Assembly (NCBI GenBank): GCA_037445735.1
Contig: JBBIJY010000005.1
Location: forward strand, 59,381 to 123,380
Length of the DNA stretch: 64,000 nt
Source of the DNA: Armatimonadota bacterium
GTDB lineage: Bacteria > Armatimonadota > Fimbriimonadia > Fimbriimonadales > GBS-DC
Direction of reading: 5' to 3'
The notes under the pieces were generated by a model that saw nothing but the letters and a program-made list of their open reading frames with translations, was not told the origin of the DNA and did no database searches. How positions within the stretch are numbered: the first letter of the stretch is position 1; each line of letters begins with the position of its first letter. Made by a program: the position numbers and the translations under genes. This document shows, piece after piece, positions 61,001 to 64,000 of the stretch.

Positions 61001-61916
61001 TGCCGCTGTTGCGAATGATAAATCCCTTGAGGACGCATCGGGGCGCTTTGAGGTGAATGACGCTCCCCCGCCGCTCGCCGTCGAGGACGGGGGAGCGCTC
61101 GCCCACCAGTGTGAGCGTCTTGTCAACGATGAAGTTGCCCCGATATTCGCCGCCAATCACCCGAATGGTGTCGCCTGCCCGCGCCTGCTGGATGACCGCC
61201 TGCAGGCTCTGGTCGCTTTGCGGGCGCACCACCCACTCATGCGCCCAGCCGTGCAGCAGTGAAGCCATCAGCAGAAGTGTGGCGGCGGCTTTCGCCGCCA
61301 CCGGCACCCGCTGCCGCAACTGCTCGCATCGCAACCGCCGCCGGATGGCGATCAGCGTCAGCACGCCCGCTGCGATCACCACAAAGTAGCCGATGTGGAA
61401 CCACGCAATCACCTGGAACTGTCCCACCCTGCCAGGTCCGACCAGCGGCGGGATAAAGGGCTTAATCATCGCGCTCAGCGGCGCCTTGGGGTCCAGATTC
61501 AAGCCGTACTCGCGCAGCCAGTAATAGAGGTCGCCCGCGAACACGAACGGAACCGCCCACACGGGCAACGCCAGCAGAATCTGGAACCAGCGTGGGGCGC
61601 GCGGAATGAGCATGATGAAAAGCAACGCAAGCGCAATCGCGCTCAGACCGGGCACCGCGATTTTGCGTTCAAAAGGCGCCGCTTCACCCAGCGGACGCAT
61701 GCCGATGTAGTGGTTCAGTCCATCCACCTCGCGCACATCGCCGCCTGCGCCCGTTACATAGACAATCACCTTCAGCCCTTTCGGGTACTGCGGCGCAACG
61801 ATGTGAATCTGCCAGTAGGGCAGCCAGATGGAGGCGAGCACCAGCAACGCCGCGACGCCCAGCATCACTTTGTTTCGAACCTCTCCCGAACAGTGAACAG
61901 TTGTCCGCATCGTCAT
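58089..61916 (-). CDS. NosB-NosD-NosF-NosY fusion protein (1275 aa)
   Basis: NosB-like APQYPKGL...LNHYIGM; NosD beta-helix with SRYGIHFMY and [22 protein letters not shown]; NosF [17 protein letters not shown] and LLDEPT; NosY [11 protein letters not shown] and [14 protein letters not shown]. Confidence 0.9.
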   Translation of the reverse strand: [1275 protein letters not shown]

Positions 61917-61941
61917 TCCTCCTCATCAGACTCTTTTGTCA

Positions 61942-61993
61942 GTCGCACAGGCATCTTGCCTGCGAAATCCATCGAACAGGATGCTCCAGCTAC
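61942..61993 (-). repeat. Degenerate GTAG-type REP doublet
   Basis: Minus strand gtagctggagcatcctgttcg...cgcaggcaagatgcctgtgcgac. Confidence 0.5.
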
Positions 61994-62055
61994 TTTTGGA
62001 CACGCGCGTCTAAAAAGTGGGGCAGGGGGCATCCCCTGCCCCCAGTGGAGAGGTC

Positions 62056-64000
62056 TCACGGCTCCACCAGCAGATAGCCCATCATCTCCAGGTGCAGCGC
62101 GGAGCAGAACTCCGAGCAGTAGAAGGAGTAGACCCCTTCCTTATCCGCCACGAACTCGATGGTGACGGTCTCGCCGGGTTCGATGCTCGCGCCGATCCCG
62201 TAGCTGGGCAGGGCGAAGCCGTGAGTGGCGTCGCGCGTGCGCTCCAGGTTGGTAAGATGCCAGAGAACCCGCTGACCCTTTTTCACCCTGATATGCTCCG
62301 GATCGAAGTGGCTGCGGATCAGTGTCTGGTAAATCGTGACGGTGTTGCCGCGCACCTCGACGCGCCCCTTGGTCGTGGCATAAGGGCTTTTTGCCTGCTG
62401 GTGCGCGTCCCAGCCGACTTCGGGATAGACCTCCCAGCTTTTCAGGCGGTCCGCCCGGATCATCTGGGCATAGTGCGGCTCACCGATGCCCACAGGCATA
62501 TCGTATAGCAGACGCATGCGCTCGCCTGGGGCGCTGATGTCGATCAACTGCAGGTTCTGCGGCAGCAGCGGACCGGTGTTCAGAAAGCGGTCGACCGACC
62601 ATTTATTGAGCGCGACGAGGTACTTGCCCTCGGGCTTCACCGTGTCGCCTTCCGCCACCGTCAGGTGTCCAATGTTGTAGTGGGTCTGAATCTTGCCCAC
62701 CAGCTTCCACGGCTCTTCGGGCGCCCTGTATTTGCAATCGCCCAGCGTCCAGCGGGCGACCGCCGTGTCCAGGAACAGGCTGGTGTAGGCGTAGCCCTTG
62801 TCGTCGAACTGGGTGTGCAGCGGTCCCAGACCCACCTCCACCTGAGCCTCCTTCACCGCGTCGAATCGCAGCACAGGCACGCCATAGGGGTCAACCTTCT
62901 CGTAGTCCTTGCGGGCAATCGCCTGCTTGATCTTCTCGATGTTGTAGACGGTGACATGCGGGTCTAACTTGCCGCCGACCACGATATGCTTCCCGCAGGG
63001 GCACACATCGACGCCGTGCGGGCTTTTCGGCTCAGGGGTGAAGTAAAGCACGCCACCGGCGACCGCCTCCTTCAGCGGCAGCACCTTGAAACCGTTGACG
63101 GTGACGAACTTGCCCTGCTGAACCAGTTTCTCGGCTTGCTTCCAGTTAATCAGGTGCAGATAGTCCATGTCGTTCTGAGAGGCACCCGCTTCGAAGGGCG
63201 GCTTACCCTCCTCGATGCCACCCGTTGCCAGCTCGGTGTTAAAGGAGTTCACGAACACCCAGCCGTCGCTGGCAGCCTTGCCGCAATCGGCGAGGTCCTG
63301 CCAGTAGGGCGGCACCTCGATGCCGAACGACTGCTCCGGGATAATCCGACCCTTCCTGCGGTCGAACTTCCAGAAGGTGATCAGCCCGCGATACTCCTCC
63401 CTGTAGCGCTCGATGGGCGCATATCTGTTGCCCAGCGGTAAGCCGTATTGCGAGACCTCCACCACATACTCGGTGTTCGGGGTAACAAACGCCGCGCCGT
63501 GGTTGTTCTCGAACACAGGGTTCTTCACAATCTGCTTGGTCTCCCAGTCGCGCAGGTCGATGACGGCAACACGCCCGTTCACCTTATCGCCGATGAACAG
63601 GAACTGCCCGTCATATTCGCCGTTGGTCTCACTCAAGGCGGGATGATGCGTGTCGGAAGTTGGATAGGGACCTCGCCCGTACAGCTCGTAAAGCGGGTTC
63701 TCCTTCACGCCATAGCCGTAGCCCTGCCACGGCTCAGGTGCAAACACAGCAATCACCTTCAGCAGGCGCATCGATGGCACACCAATTGCCAGCACCTGCC
63801 CACCATGCCCGGCAGAGGCGAACAGCACATACTCGTCGGGTTTGCCGCCCGGCACATAGGTCGCCAGCGCAGCGTACACATCGTCAGGGGTCAGACCGCG
63901 TTCACGCGCGACAGTGAGAGCATCGGTCGGTAATCCCGCCGGCAAAGCCGATTGACGCGCACTGCGCACGATCACCGCGATCGCGACCATCACAATCAAC
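62056..64000 (-). CDS. nosZ: Nitrous-oxide reductase, clade II type, 5'-truncated by the window edge
   Basis: CuZ His motifs DTHH, NNHG, PHG, GPLH and EPH; CuA CSEFCSALHLEM; hydrophobic N-terminus; no C-terminal haem c; followed by nosB. Confidence 0.96.
   Translation of the reverse strand, partial: LIVMVAIAVIVRSARQSALPAGLPTDALTVARERGLTPDDVYAALATYVPGGKPDEYVLFASAGHGGQVLAIGVPSMRLLKVIAVFAPEPWQGYGYGVKENPLYELYGRGPYPTSDTHHPALSETNGEYDGQFLFIGDKVNGRVAVIDLRDWETKQIVKNPVFENNHGAAFVTPNTEYVVEVSQYGLPLGNRYAPIERYREEYRGLITFWKFDRRKGRIIPEQSFGIEVPPYWQDLADCGKAASDGWVFVNSFNTELATGGIEEGKPPFEAGASQNDMDYLHLINWKQAEKLVQQGKFVTVNGFKVLPLKEAVAGGVLYFTPEPKSPHGVDVCPCGKHIVVGGKLDPHVTVYNIEKIKQAIARKDYEKVDPYGVPVLRFDAVKEAQVEVGLGPLHTQFDDKGYAYTSLFLDTAVARWTLGDCKYRAPEEPWKLVGKIQTHYNIGHLTVAEGDTVKPEGKYLVALNKWSVDRFLNTGPLLPQNLQLIDISAPGERMRLLYDMPVGIGEPHYAQMIRADRLKSWEVYPEVGWDAHQQAKSPYATTKGRVEVRGNTVTIYQTLIRSHFDPEHIRVKKGQRVLWHLTNLERTRDATHGFALPSYGIGASIEPGETVTIEFVADKEGVYSFYCSEFCSALHLEMMGYLLVEP

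Overview
GC-rich bacterial chromosomal window made mostly of housekeeping genes in short, scrambled operons. The lineage is probably a thermophilic Armatimonadota/Fimbriimonadia member (inferred from the PEP-CTERM protein, the DUF1559-like prepilin and the repeated 'GDVNGDxVVDDADLLxVLFxFG' C-terminal domains). Recognisable content: deoB, scattered nuoE/nuoB/nuoI, coaD, rluD, recG, tRNA-Pro(CGG), glyoxylate shunt aceBA, fliDST, ribH, nnr, a fadN-like gene, an acyl-CoA mutase, livKHMGF, trm1, galE, a probable 6S RNA and a clade II nos cluster at the right edge. No CRISPR array, intact transposase or prophage was seen. Main leads: (1) an unassigned, highly structured ~330-nt ncRNA with its own consensus promoter and U-tract at 1811-2138 (-); (2) a single 1275-aa NosB-NosD-NosF-NosY fusion; (3) a compositionally distinct GNAT-ABC ATPase plus ASCH cassette, a possible nucleic-acid acetylation writer/eraser pair; (4) a five-gene uncharacterised membrane system around a DUF6754-like protein and an OPT-like transporter; (5) two toxin-antitoxin modules interleaved with complex I genes. 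All family assignments come from motif recognition by eye; no database search or folding program was run.
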